64,000 bases of DNA from Proteromonas lacertae (lineage: Eukaryota): contig NGBS01000611.1 in NCBI GenBank assembly GCA_002245135.1, positions 1 to 64,000 on the forward strand. The letters run 5' to 3'. Under the pieces are notes generated by a model. That model had not been told where the DNA came from, ran no database searches, and saw nothing but the letters and a program-made list of their open reading frames with translations. The first letter of the stretch is position 1, and every line of letters starts with the position of its first letter. Below are positions 52,043 through 64,000 of the stretch, in pieces. The translations under genes and the position numbers were made by a program.

Positions 52043-52116
52043 AGATCTGATTTAACCGCACAAAAATAAAAATAATTAAAAAAAACTCAATAAATAGCTA
52101 CCTAATTAAATAATAT

Positions 52117-53229
52117 CTATATTGGCTTAGTCAATTTCCATATATGATACATAAATCCAGGTTGTACACCGTGCAACCATAATAAATTTGTCTTAATCTT
52201 ATTGACTTTCTTTATACTATTAACAGAACTTCTAACACTATATCTTACATCATATTGCTTAATGTCAGTATTATTCATCAACAGTCCTAAATAAACATCA
52301 TCCATAAATAAAACAAAATCATATGAATAAGACAGTTCACATATTCTATTTGTTGCATATTCTGAAAATAAAATGCAAGGACCTTGAGGATAATCTGGAA
52401 ACTTATCATAAGGATAAACAGACTTAGGTAATTCCCATCTCTTGTAAAAAAGACTGGTAGTATTTCTAATTGGACCTCTATTTGTGTATGTAGATGATAT
52501 AACTTTATATACTTTGTCTTTAACTCCAAATACTTGAAAGTAATACATAATATTAAAAAACACATCGCTTTGATGTTCGACTATGTATTTATACTTTTGA
52601 CAATGTTCATTTAACCATCTTAAGCATCCAATTGTCTGATATGTTAAATTATAATAATGACTAATAAAATTGAATTGAATTATATCATTATATTTTTCAT
52701 TTTCTTCTTTTATAAATTCATTTATTGTTTCATTCAAACTCATTCCAACAAAGAAATAATACTCTACGTCATTATAATATTCATTGTATATCTTTCTATA
52801 TGTATATCTTTCAAAAAACGAATCAGGTGCTGCATTTATTCCAATGATTAATTCCATATTATTTCTACAAATATGTGTTGATTGTATAACATTTTTTATT
52901 ATGATAGGAAATGGCAATAAATACTTTAATGATGTTGTTGTTCTTCTAATGAAAATCTTGTTTCTGCCCTCTATGAGTTTCAAGCATTCTTTCAGAGTAT
53001 AATTGCAAGTATTATACTCACTATCCAACAATTCTAAATATGAATCATATTGCGTATTATTTTCAAAATTATAATCCTGATTTGATCCTCTGTTATTTCT
53101 CAGATTTACTCCATTAAGAAAATTCTGTTCTTGTATATAATCATTAGACAGCATATTATCATATCTGTTTAGAAAAATAATTATCAAAGCCATCATAAGA
53201 ACACAAGCATAAATAAAAAAAAATTTCAT
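52117..53229 (-). CDS. GT31 glycosyltransferase-like
   Basis: N-terminal TM; ENEKYNDIIQFNF; FPDYPQGP; MDDVYLG; WLHG. Confidence 0.8.
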   Translation of the reverse strand: MKFFFIYACVLMMALIIIFLNRYDNMLSNDYIQEQNFLNGVNLRNNRGSNQDYNFENNTQYDSYLELLDSEYNTCNYTLKECLKLIEGRNKIFIRRTTTSLKYLLPFPIIIKNVIQSTHICRNNMELIIGINAAPDSFFERYTYRKIYNEYYNDVEYYFFVGMSLNETINEFIKEENEKYNDIIQFNFISHYYNLTYQTIGCLRWLNEHCQKYKYIVEHQSDVFFNIMYYFQVFGVKDKVYKVISSTYTNRGPIRNTTSLFYKRWELPKSVYPYDKFPDYPQGPCILFSEYATNRICELSYSYDFVLFMDDVYLGLLMNNTDIKQYDVRYSVRSSVNSIKKVNKIKTNLLWLHGVQPGFMYHIWKLTKPI

Positions 53230-53356
53230 TATACATGTTCAAGCTTTTCTTTAAAAAGCTTGAAGTATAAAAACCTTATTTTCTCATTAGTTTATGATTA
53301 TTACTACCTATTAACAATATAACAAATATATATATAGAATAATAATTATTTTATAA

Positions 53357-53945
53357 ATGTCATTGAACCAACAATTTATAAATCCGCAATTACAGTCACT
53401 GGCTGAAAAAGAATTACATTTTAAAAAACAAATGGTTTACTGTTATATAGCAGAACTTGTATGGAATTATATATTTTGATGAAATAGGTATTTACTTTTT
53501 TGTCTTGTGTATGTGTATCATATTATTCTGCAATATGTGTTATTTGTGTCATCATACAATTTTCAATGTTATCATGTCCAGAAAGTAAGAATAACAAATG
53601 TTACAATGGGAGTGTATAATTATATTTTTATGTATAGATCATTGCATTATCAGTGATAAGAATAATCGGATATTTGTTTTTTGGAGGATTATGTGGATGG
53701 TTGTTGAATGATGTTATTACTACTAATAGAAATGTATATTATGCTAGATTTTGGTATATATTCGGAGTAATATTGATATTTATATCACTTGTACTATGCG
53801 TATATTTATATTATTTATCATTCTAAACTTTCTATAGGGTTTTATATTATCAAAACATATTCAATACAATACTCTATTCAAATATGTCAATTTTAAATCA
53901 TATACTACAATAGATATGTCAAAAGGTGAAGCAGTTGATGTTTAA
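53357..53945 (+). CDS. Small multi-TM hypothetical protein
   Basis: Spliced hydrophobic ORF with three micro-introns, ending ...KGEAVDV. Confidence 0.4.
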
Positions 53946-54234
53946 TTATTTTATTTATGTATATTATGACTAATGTTTGACTTATTTAGTATTGTATGAA
54001 AATGTACATTATACTTTGATATTTTATTTTCTATATTTCATTCATTTGCAATAAGTAGATTGTTTTTGATCAATGTATTGTATTTAGAAAAGAAGGTTAG
54101 GATTATGAGATTTTTTGAACTGGTGTTACGAAATATAATGAAAATTTTCGCACCAAAAGAAGAAAAAAAGAAATTTGATTGGTTAAATGTCAGTTGTAAT
54201 TTTTGATTTTTATTTCATTATTTCTCGTTAAATC

Positions 54235-57169
54235 ATGAAAGATCAATTTTATTTGTCATGTATTTTATTTTATTATATATATAGTAATCTTAATCTTAAC
54301 ATGTGTTTTTGTTAGATGTGATAAGGTAGAAAAAGATCCCTTCACAGTTTCTATTTGTAGTTTTGTACCAGAAACTCCAGAACCTACTAGAACACCAATT
54401 CCACCCGTTCCTACAACTCCTAAACCAAAACCAACCACAGATTCAGATACAGGAACTTTTGATGATGATGCTACTGAGTCTGAAAAGCCATCAACTGATA
54501 GTACAACTACAGCTGTTTCTGATACTTCTGCTGCAACATCAGCAACAACTCAAGAAGCAACAACAGCTGACACTACTACACCTGCAGGTACAACAACTAA
54601 GACAGAAGTAGCAACTACTACACCTTTAGATGATAGTACAACTGATGAAGAAAACGAAGGAGGTAATCAAGAGAATCAAGGTAATAATAAAGGTATAAAA
54701 GAAGATGGAGAATTATTAGTTTATAATAAGAACAGATTTTTATTAGAATATGGTGAATTCCCACCACAACAAAATGATGAATTAATCAAATCATTTGCTC
54801 TATCTGCATTTAACACTACCTGTAAAGATAAAGGTCTTGAATTTAATATTGAAGGTATTGAAATTAGTGTTGAATATAAATATACAAAAGGTGAAGATAG
54901 AGTTACATATGAAATTACATTCAGTGAAATATTCATCAATAATACAGTTGAAAATAACAAAACATGGGAAGGAATAATAAATGAATTAGAAGGAAATAAT
55001 GGTACATTTTACTCCATAATGAATAATTTAACTAATGATAATTATACTACCTGTGAAATGCCAAATAGATTGAAAGAACCAACTCCATGTAGTTATGATA
55101 AAACATATTATGAATATTTAGCTATTAATGAGGCTAATGATAAAATTGTAAGTCCTAATGCTACAAATGTGAATGTAAGTTATGCAATATCTTGTACAAA
55201 GGATTATGTTACTCCAGATAACACAAATGGTCAATTAAAAGTAGATATTAAAACAAAACAAAGTTTTGCTTATTGTAATATTCAATGTAGTGCTGAAGGT
55301 TATAGAAATAATTATAATCAATTAACATTCGTCGTTAAAGATAATTTACCTTCTTTTACTAAAGTAGGCAGTGTTGTTCCATTCTATCAGAACTCAGAAG
55401 AAGTATTTAGTATTACAATGAAAGTAGTATATGCAGAAGGAGTAGATGCAACGAGTAAGAAAATGACAATATCTAATTCAGGTTCATGTACATTAGAAGG
55501 AAAAAATGAAGTAGAAGGAAGTACAAAATTTGTATTTAATGATTTGAAGTACAAATGTCCATATACTAATACATTTAGTGAAAGAATAACCTTTACAATC
55601 GAAAGTGTAACAAAACAATATGCAGTTCAAGTAGTTGAAAGGCCAAAGTTTGTACCCAATGAAAATCCATCTACAAATGCAGATGGATCAACTCAAGCAC
55701 CAGTAGAACCTGAATATACATGTAAAGAAGAATTATCATTGGATCCAACAACTAACTTATGTTGTAAAAGAGATGAAGTTTTAGGTGAATCTTGTAATTC
55801 AGTTATTATTTCATTCCCATTTGCAAAGACAGGTTCTGAATCTATTACAAAATTAGATGAAGGTTTTGTTGAAGATTATATAAAGATGCTTAGACAATAT
55901 GCATTTGATGAAAGTAATTTCAATTTTACGATTATAAATGATGGGAGTGATATGAAAATTGAAATTAATGTAAAGTTTTACAGTCAAAAGACATTCATAT
56001 ATAGTGGTGGTGAATTAATAAGAAGAAGATCATTGCAACAAGGAATGAATTGGAATGCATTACCATCACCATTTTTATATATTCAAACAGTTGTTTCATA
56101 TATTGAGCCAACTGCTGTAACAGATACTAGCGGAGAAGGAAATGTTGCAAATGAAATACCACCAATATTACTAGAAGCATTTCCTGAAGCTACAAAAGAC
56201 ACAATTATCAGTAAAATAGAAACTGTAAAAAAAGAAGCATCAGTAGCAGCTACACAGATATCAGCTGAATATAATGTTGTATTAGATACAGAACAAGGAA
56301 TATCATTAATGCCATCAGTTGATAATACTGCTGTAGCACCAGAAGTAACAAATGGAAGATTAGAAACAGTGAGTAAACCTGATGATAAATCATGGGCTGA
56401 AAAGAACTGGTGGGTTATATTAATAATCTGTTTAGTTGTGGTTATTCTAATAGCTGTGATTGGCGTTGTTTTATATATTAAATTATCCAATAAATCAGGT
56501 GGTGGTTCATCTTTATCTCCAAGATCTGTTTCAACATCAAAGAAAGATTTAGAAAAGAGTGAAAAGATAATGGATACTGTTATTCCATTAGAAAAGTTCA
56601 AAGAGGATAATGGAGTAGAAGATGAAGATATTTATAAACCATTTACATATGATGTAATAATGGAAGGATATTTATTGAAAGAAGGACATGATAGAGTAGT
56701 TGGTAAATGGCAGAAAAGGTATTGTGTATTATATTATGATCCTGCAATCTTGAGAATCTATGATTCAATGGTTCCTAGTTATTATGGCAAAGTATATTTA
56801 GAAGAGAAGCAAAGTATTCCGTTAGATTGTTATAATGGAATTGAATATAAAGATGGAAGTAGCGAATTTACATTGGTATTGAAAGTACGTGAATCTAACT
56901 TAAAGACTTATGAACCAGGTGATAAAGAAAAGAAGGTGATAATGAAAGTAGAAGGTGAAAATGCTAAAGAAACAGCTAAGAAGTGGGTAGAATGTTTTAG
57001 AGATTTTAAGAATCAAAAACCAAAACCAGCTGAAGCATGGACAAGACCATTAGTAGTGGATGAAAGTAGTGGGAAAATTACAACTACAACAGAAAGAGGT
57101 GCTGAAAAGAAGAATGAAGAGATCATTAATATGGTTAATCAAAGAAGAAAACAAACAAGAGAGAATTAA
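54235..57169 (+). CDS. Type I surface protein with cytoplasmic PH domain (copy 4, most divergent, longer ectodomain)
   Basis: ATG at 54235 and a 25-nt intron (54260-54284) at the same codon-9 phase-1 position as copies 1-3. The frame is open from 54285 to 57169. TM WWVILIICLVVVILI; PH VIMEGYLLKEG...WQKRYCVL. Confidence 0.85.
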
Positions 57170-57405
57170 ATGATTTTAAATAGTTTACTATTTAAAATGT
57201 AAATTGTTATATATACATATCTAAACATATTATTCCCATAATTATTGTGTTGTTTATAGTTTTATCTGTAATATTAGAGAAGAGAATAATCTCATTCTCT
57301 TTATTATTAGCTTGATTTCTGTTTGAGACTTTTTTTTGAATTTAAAATCTTCATCATCTAGAAGTAGTTTAGTTATACTGTTATTAATTTACATTAAAAA
57401 ATCGA

Positions 57406-59627
57406 ATGAATAATTCAGTAGGAGTTAATAGAAGTAGACCGCCAGATCCAATCCATCCATCAACTTCTCTTCTTCCATACGCCAATTCAGAAAGAAGAAA
57501 ATATCCAATATGTTGTGCAGAACATTATGAGTGTATTGTAATGTATATATTCTAACTTCACTAATTTTTTAGCTTTTTGGATAGATATGCTATGTATGCA
57601 AAGCAGTTATTTCAGCTCTCAGAAAAACAATTCCACACAGAGAAACTACAAGAATTTAACAAACTAAATCCAGCAAATCAATCTATAGTTCAAGATAAAG
57701 TTCCAATAAGTTCTAAGTTAAAGAAGTTATATTTAGAAATGATGTTACATCATGATAACTATTTGGAGCAACACAAAGATCTTGTTGACAAATATAGAGT
57801 ATTAAAAATGATGTATTATTTTTTATTAGCAAGAAGATTTTGATCCAAAAAAGTATAGACATGAATGTAAGTTTATAAAAGAAGAAGAAAATAGAAGAAA
57901 GAAATTAATATCACATACAAAAGTAACAGAAGCAAATCTGAGTGTATTATTATAATTATGTTGTTTATATATTTCAATTAGCCAATAATTGAACAATTAG
58001 CACAAAAGTTAGAATCAACTGAGAATTATATGAAAGCTATTATCAATGAGAATAGAGAATTGAAAGCAAAATTACTTGAATATAATGATTATGTGATGTT
58101 GAATGAAAGATATAGAACTTTGTCAGCAGAATATAATACATTGAAAGTATAGATTTTAAATGTTATATATATGAATAGATTAAATTGGATCAATTGGCAA
58201 TAAAAGATGAACAAATAAGGAATTTGGAATATGAGCTTGAGAAGTATTTATTTCTAATATAATTCATTTGTTATAGAAAGAATAAAGAAATAGAAGAGTT
58301 GAAAGAAGAGTTAAAGAAAGTAATTGCAGAAAGAGATGCATTAGAAGATCAATCAGTATAATTGATAATTATTGAATAAAATAATTAGATGACAATAACA
58401 TCATTAAAAGCACAAATTGAAACATTAAAAAGACATAATCAAGAAATAGAAAAGAAATATGAAAGTATATATTTACTTAATTGTTACAAATATATAGAAA
58501 TGTGGCATGATCCATTTTATATGGATAAACGAGCCAAATCATTATTAGAAATAGACAAAATAGTAAGTGAATCAAAACAAGATCATAGTGAATGTCAATT
58601 AGAAATGAAATATCTGAAACAAAAGAATGATCTTTTAGAAAAACAGTGTAAAGCACTTCAACAAGAATTAAATGAAAGAATTGAAGAAGAAATGATAAGA
58701 AACGAAGTAATATTAGATGATGTAAATACTCAAATATTATTAAGGAGATTAAGAGAATTGGGAGTTACAGAACCAGAGGATATAAATAATGCAGTGACAT
58801 ATATATTGAATAAAAGAGCAAGAGAAGAAGATGATTCTGTTAATCTGTTTAATATTAATTGGAAGAATCCTGATATGTATTTATTATATATAATATATAA
58901 TTATTATTATAGTGATGATATTAAGAATAAATTTGAAGAATTATGTAAATTGTTAACTGAAAAAGAAACTAATTTAAATGGTAATAATGATATAAATAAT
59001 GAAATACAATATATTGAATTGAAGTATATATATATATATAATTGTGTTTAATTCTCTTGATAGAAAAGAATATGAAAGAAAAGAAAAAGAATACAAACAG
59101 TTAATAAACAATCTTCAAAATCAAATAGATGAATTGAAAGAAGAAAATGAAAGACTCAGTTCAAGTGTAAATAAAAATGAGATAGAAAGTGGAAGTATAT
59201 ATATATTTATGTTTTAATAGTTGGAAATGAACTACAAATAATTATTAATCATGTTTATTATAATCAGAAGTATTTCCATGAAGATGATAAAACTATCATT
59301 TTATTTGATTTATTTCCATTTGAAACTTATTCTACAGCTCCACATATAGGTATAGAACCAATATTTGATGAAACTCCTTCATATATCATTCCAACAGATA
59401 GAATAGAACAGCAAAACTTTTTGAATCAAGAACTAAAAATTGAGATTTATAAAATGAATGACAATGAGCCAATGATTATGGGAATTATAACTATACACAT
59501 TCAATCAATAATTACTCATCAAAATGAATTGAATCAATATGTTATAAAGAATGAAAATAGTGAAAATATTGGTTATCTTACTCTTATGTTTTCTTGTCAA
59601 ATATCTGAAGAAGATTTTATTAAATGA
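57406..59627 (+). CDS. Multi-exon coiled-coil protein with C-terminal C2 domain (RPGRIP1/RPGRIP1L-like)
   Basis: About 10 micro-introns; long coiled coil, then TIILFDLFPFETYSTAPHIGIEPIFDETPSYII...LKIEIYK...IGYLTL. Confidence 0.5.
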
Positions 59628-59731
59628 ATTTAATTTATTCTTATTTTTTTTTATTTCCTAAACAAACAAACAAACATCATATTAATTTCTCACTATTGCT
59701 GTAAAAAAGCATCATTTTAAAAAAATATTAA

Positions 59732-62468
59732 CTATATTAACTTTTCAAATTCACCAGAATTCTTTCTATATCTGGGTAACTTTTCTGTTGTTTTATTCAT
59801 CTTCACAATCACTATCTTTCTAATTTCTTCAACCCAAAATATTGTAGAAGACAACATCACAATTCCAAGTAATTCCTTTAAAGATAAAGATTCAGTTTTG
59901 AATATATGTTGAAGAGGATGCCAATATATAACAAGTAATTGACCAATTACAGAAGCACCACAAGCATACCAGAAAAACTGATTAGAGAAAAATCCAATTT
60001 TAAAAATAGATTTAGTACTTGATCTACAAGATAAAGCAGTGAATAAATCACAAAATACAAATGTAGTAAATGTCATTGTAATATCCTTTTCATCAGCATG
60101 GCCATCACTCACCATATAATCGAAATAGATAATACAAACCAACGTAACTATCATTATTGCACCATATACAATTAAGAAATATACTTGTTTGGATAGTATT
60201 TGTTCTTTTGGATTTCTAGGTGGAACATTTAATACAGATGTATCTACAGGTTCTACTCCTAAACTTTGAGCAGGAGGTCCATCCATTAATATATTAATCC
60301 ATAATATCTGCATGGCATTCAATGGATTTGGCTTACCAAAACTATTAGCCACAAATACTAAAAACAAAGCAGCAATACTGGTAGTTATTTGGAATCTTAC
60401 AAAGTTACGGATATTTATATAAGTACATCTACCTTCTTCAATAGCAGATATAATACATTTGAAATTATCATCAACTAGTACTAAATCTGCAGCTTCTTTA
60501 GATACATCAGTTCCTGATTTGCCCATAGCAACACCAATATCAGCTAATTTCAAAGCAGGAGCATCATTTACACCATCACCTGTCATTGCTACAACTTCAC
60601 CATTAGCTTTATAAGCTTGAACAATCTTCATTTTATGTTTTGGTGTAGTTCTGAAGAAGACTGAAACATTGGAAATTACCTTCTGTAAATCTTCAATACT
60701 TAATGAATCAATTGCTTTACCACTTAATACTTGAATTGGTCCAAATATATCCATACCTAATTGATGGGCAATAGCAACAGCTGTAGCTTCACAGTCACCA
60801 GTAATCATAGTCACTCTTACACCACACTTATGTAATTTCTTCATTGTATCTTTAACACCTTCTCTTGGTGGATCATGAATGCCAACTAAACCATAATATG
60901 TTAAATTATCAACATTACTACCACTAGCAATTGCTAATACACGTAATGCTTGTTGTGCCATTGACTTAATCTCTTGATTTATCTGTAGAATATCATTATC
61001 AGTAAGTGGTACTTTTGTTCCATTATCTTTATAATAATTCTTACATTTTGGTAATACAACTTCAGGAGCACCTTTAGCATAGAAATTATCTTGATTTCCA
61101 TTCATCATATATTGTTTACCCATCCATTTAGTAGCTGAATTGAATGATAATTCCATATTACACTGTAAACCAACACGTGGATCAACCATATGCATTTTAC
61201 TAGCTGCATAACAGATTGCACATTCCGTTGGTTGTCCCATTAAAATACCATCTTCATTATTAACACAATCACAACATAAATATGCATTGTTCAATAAGGT
61301 AGTTAATGCTGTACGATCATATTCATTTAATTCACTATTACCTTCTTTAGTAACATTTCCTTCACTGTTATAACCAATACCTGAGAATTCATAACACATA
61401 TGTTCACTTGTGATGATCTTCTTAACAGTCATTTCATTTTGAGTCAATGTACCAGTCTTATCACAACAACAGATAGTTGTACAACCTAATGCTTCAACTG
61501 CTGGTAATTTCTTAACAATTACTTTTCTACTAACCATTCTTAATACAGCTAAACCTAATGTAACTGTTGTACAAATTGGTAAACCTTCTGGTATTGCTGC
61601 TACAGCTAAAGATACACCAATTGTAAATACCTCCATAATTGGATGAGATCTGATCAAACCGAACAATGATATAACGACTATAATTCCAATAGAAAGTGAA
61701 CTAATAACTTTACCTAAATGATCCATATTCTTCTGCAATGGAGTTCTTTTCTCATCAATATCTTTAACCATTGTAAATACACCACCAAATTCAGTATGAT
61801 GACCTATTGATGTTACTATTGCTTTACCATGACCACTTCTTACCATTGTACCCATAAATACTACATTAGTTGCACCACTGATGTGATTTTCAGGCATTAA
61901 GTCACTAATTGATTCTATTGACTTGGAAACTGGGTGTGTTTCACCAGATAGAGAAGATTCATCGACTTCAAGATCACTACATTCAAATAATCTTGCATCT
62001 GCTGGAATTCTATCACCTAATGATAAAGATATAATATCTCCTGGAACTAATTCTCTTGCTTCCATTCGATAGGTTTGTCCGTTACGAATTACATGACACA
62101 TTGGTGGTACTAAGTCATTGAGAGCTTCTAATGACTTCTCTGAACGGTATTCCTGAATGAAACCAACAGTAACCACAATTACTACAGCACCAAATATACT
62201 AATAGCATCTTCATACTCTCCAACTACAGCACTGATTAAAGCTGAAGCCATTAACAACATAATCATAGGATCTTTGAACTGGGAAATAAACTTATGAAAC
62301 AGAGTTTCATGGTCGGATGTGTCAAATTCATTGTAACCTACAGAATATCTTCTAGAATCAATTTCATGTTCCTTTAAGCCGTTCACTAAATCTGTGTGTT
62401 CTAATTTCCTTCAACTGTCCAATAGTAAGAGTTGCTGCTTCTACAGTTGTAACAACCTTACCAGACAT
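59732..62468 (-). CDS. PMR1: P-type IIA Ca2+/Mn2+ ATPase, SPCA/PMR1 type
   Basis: QEYRSEKSLEAL, IPEGLP, DKTGTLT, MTGDGVNDAPALK and NAMQILWINILMDGPPAQSLGVEPVD (SPCA signature). The 5' end from ATG 62468 needs a 1-nt correction. Confidence 0.92.
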
Positions 62469-62810
62469 CGTTCTTTCTTAAACTAAATCAAAAAAATTAA
62501 AAACAAAAATTTGGATAGGACCAAGCTTTTGTTTGACAGTTTTTGAAGAAAAGAAAGTTCTTTTTTAGAAAAGAGATGTAATTATTCTGAATTAATATTT
62601 TAAAAGAAGATAATATATTTTCAAGCATAATAAGAGATTTTATATTTTGACTATAAAATTAAATCATAATGCCTTTTGATAGAATTGACAATAATACCAA
62701 AAATATCAATAACATATATTTCTGACTTGATTGTAATATATTTAACCATCAATAAAACATAAAGTGTATTAAGGTGTATTATTTTTAATATCAGTTTTAT
62801 CAAAATTCTC

Positions 62811-63538
62811 ATGTCAGAAGAAGATAAAAAGTACTTTGTTATTTTATTTTGCATAGAAACGTACCAAAAGTTACTGTGGATGAAAAAGAAGAGGATGATG
62901 GCAAGAAGTAGGAATGATTTTTCTATTGCAATAGGCGTTTACCAAAATTTCATTTTACCAATGGAGATAAAAAGGAACATGTAGTTGTTAAAAGTGGAGA
63001 AGAAGCAAAAGACGGTGATGAAGATTCTGACTCTTCAGAATCCATTGATGGTATTTTCAATAAATTAATTCATCCATAGAAGATGAAGAATTGCAGAAAT
63101 ATGATAATATAATGTTAATGGCTGATCAATGTCGAAAGAGTGTATACTGTTAATCATATAATGCATTAAATAGGGTAAAGAAGCAGAAGCATTATTATTA
63201 TGTGACAAAGCAACAGAAATAAGAGAAGAATTAGAAAATGTTCCATTAAAATTGAGAAGAAGGAAGTATTTATACGCTTTATAATTTTATTAATGTGCAG
63301 ATTACAGAATCTAGCTGAAGCTGAAGCTGAAGTGAAGAAAGGAGTTAAATTGGGTAAAGTTGTGAAAGATGTATATGAATATAGCATTTCTATTAATCTT
63401 AGAATTGGGAGAATTATATTACAGATAATGCAGAAATGATTTGTTTGATAATTATGTCAATTGGACTTGTATTTATTCTTCTTTATTACATTTGAATAGA
63501 TAGTTGCATTCTTTGTGATACTCTATATTGTGACATAA
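62811..63538 (+). CDS. Small tail-anchored hypothetical protein (7 micro-introns)
   Basis: In-frame spliced product MSEEDK...ICLIIMSIGL|IVAFFVILYIVT*. Confidence 0.55.
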
Positions 63539-63617
63539 ATTATGTAGTTATAACTATATTGTTTTTATCATTTTTTCATTCCAATAACATATTTTATTAT
63601 TTTTTAATTGTTGGTTT

Positions 63618-64000
63618 ATGAAAATTCTTTTCAAATACCTATTTTTGTTTTATTTGTTTTTTTATGGCATCAAGCATTCCTGGCGTTTTTTATGTTATTG
63701 ATTTTAATAATACTCTTATAAACAAGGTTATATGGAAGAAAATATTACCAATTGAAATAATTGATATTTATAAAGAGAAGAATAAATCATTAACTTATCA
63801 GACATTACCCAGAATTGAAGATTTATCAATCAAATTACGTGAATTGTGTATATTAGCATCATTTTATTTATTAGCTTCACAAAACAAGCATCATCTTCTA
63901 AAAGTACTAGAAACAGTTACATATAGCAGAAGTGGAAGTGAAGCAATGTGTAAAGGTGATTTGGCAATAGATATGCAAGGCACATCACTAATAGGTTATT
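63618..64000 (+). CDS. Hypothetical protein, 3' truncated by the window edge
   Basis: The frame is open from about 63664 to the window end and is preceded by a hydrophobic leader from ATG 63618 (1-nt offset in a T run). Confidence 0.45.

Noticed and set aside
59655..59680. Polyadenylation-created stop codons (TGTTTGTT motif known from human Blastocystis subtypes)
   Set aside because: A TGTTTGTT tract lies downstream of the ATPase, but that gene and all other complete models here already have genomic stop codons.
1..64000. Transposons, rRNA, tRNA or prokaryotic operon features
   Set aside because: No transposase/RT ORFs, terminal repeats or structured RNA genes were recognised by eye. The bacterial-like genes contain spliceosomal introns, so they are not contamination.

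Overview
Gene-dense, very AT-rich eukaryotic (protist) DNA. Most introns are tiny (about 25-44 nt, GTAT...TAG) and intergenic spacers are short. The standard genetic code and genomic stop codons are used. The style suggests an AT-rich Blastocystis-like gut stramenopile, but this is inference only. About 36 protein genes can be reconstructed. Housekeeping genes include SEC63, UTP11, a Sen2-like tRNA endonuclease, EXO1, an ER DnaJ and a SPCA/PMR1 Ca2+-ATPase. Regulators include a Myb/U-box protein, GATA, bHLH, two NEK kinases and a 7TM-RGS protein. Expanded families include four PI-PLC X-domain proteins, three GT31 glycosyltransferases and three coiled-coil proteins ending in a dynein microtubule-binding-like domain. 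Main highlights: (1) four type I surface proteins with hypervariable, mosaic ectodomains joined to a near-invariant TM + cytoplasmic PH domain, resembling a gene-conversion-diversified receptor family; (2) two U12-like AT-start introns (AT-AC and AT-AG) inside a bacterial-type UxaA dehydratase gene; (3) motor-less dynein MTBD-like proteins; (4) a class C-like 7TM-RGS fusion with a 75-bp repeat carrying PDEgamma/GPR158-like IAPW motifs; (5) an inverted segmental duplication with reciprocal gene decay. Scattered small indels, many in homopolymers and densest in the first 2.2 kb, are probably assembly errors. Gene models were read by eye and are unverified by transcripts.
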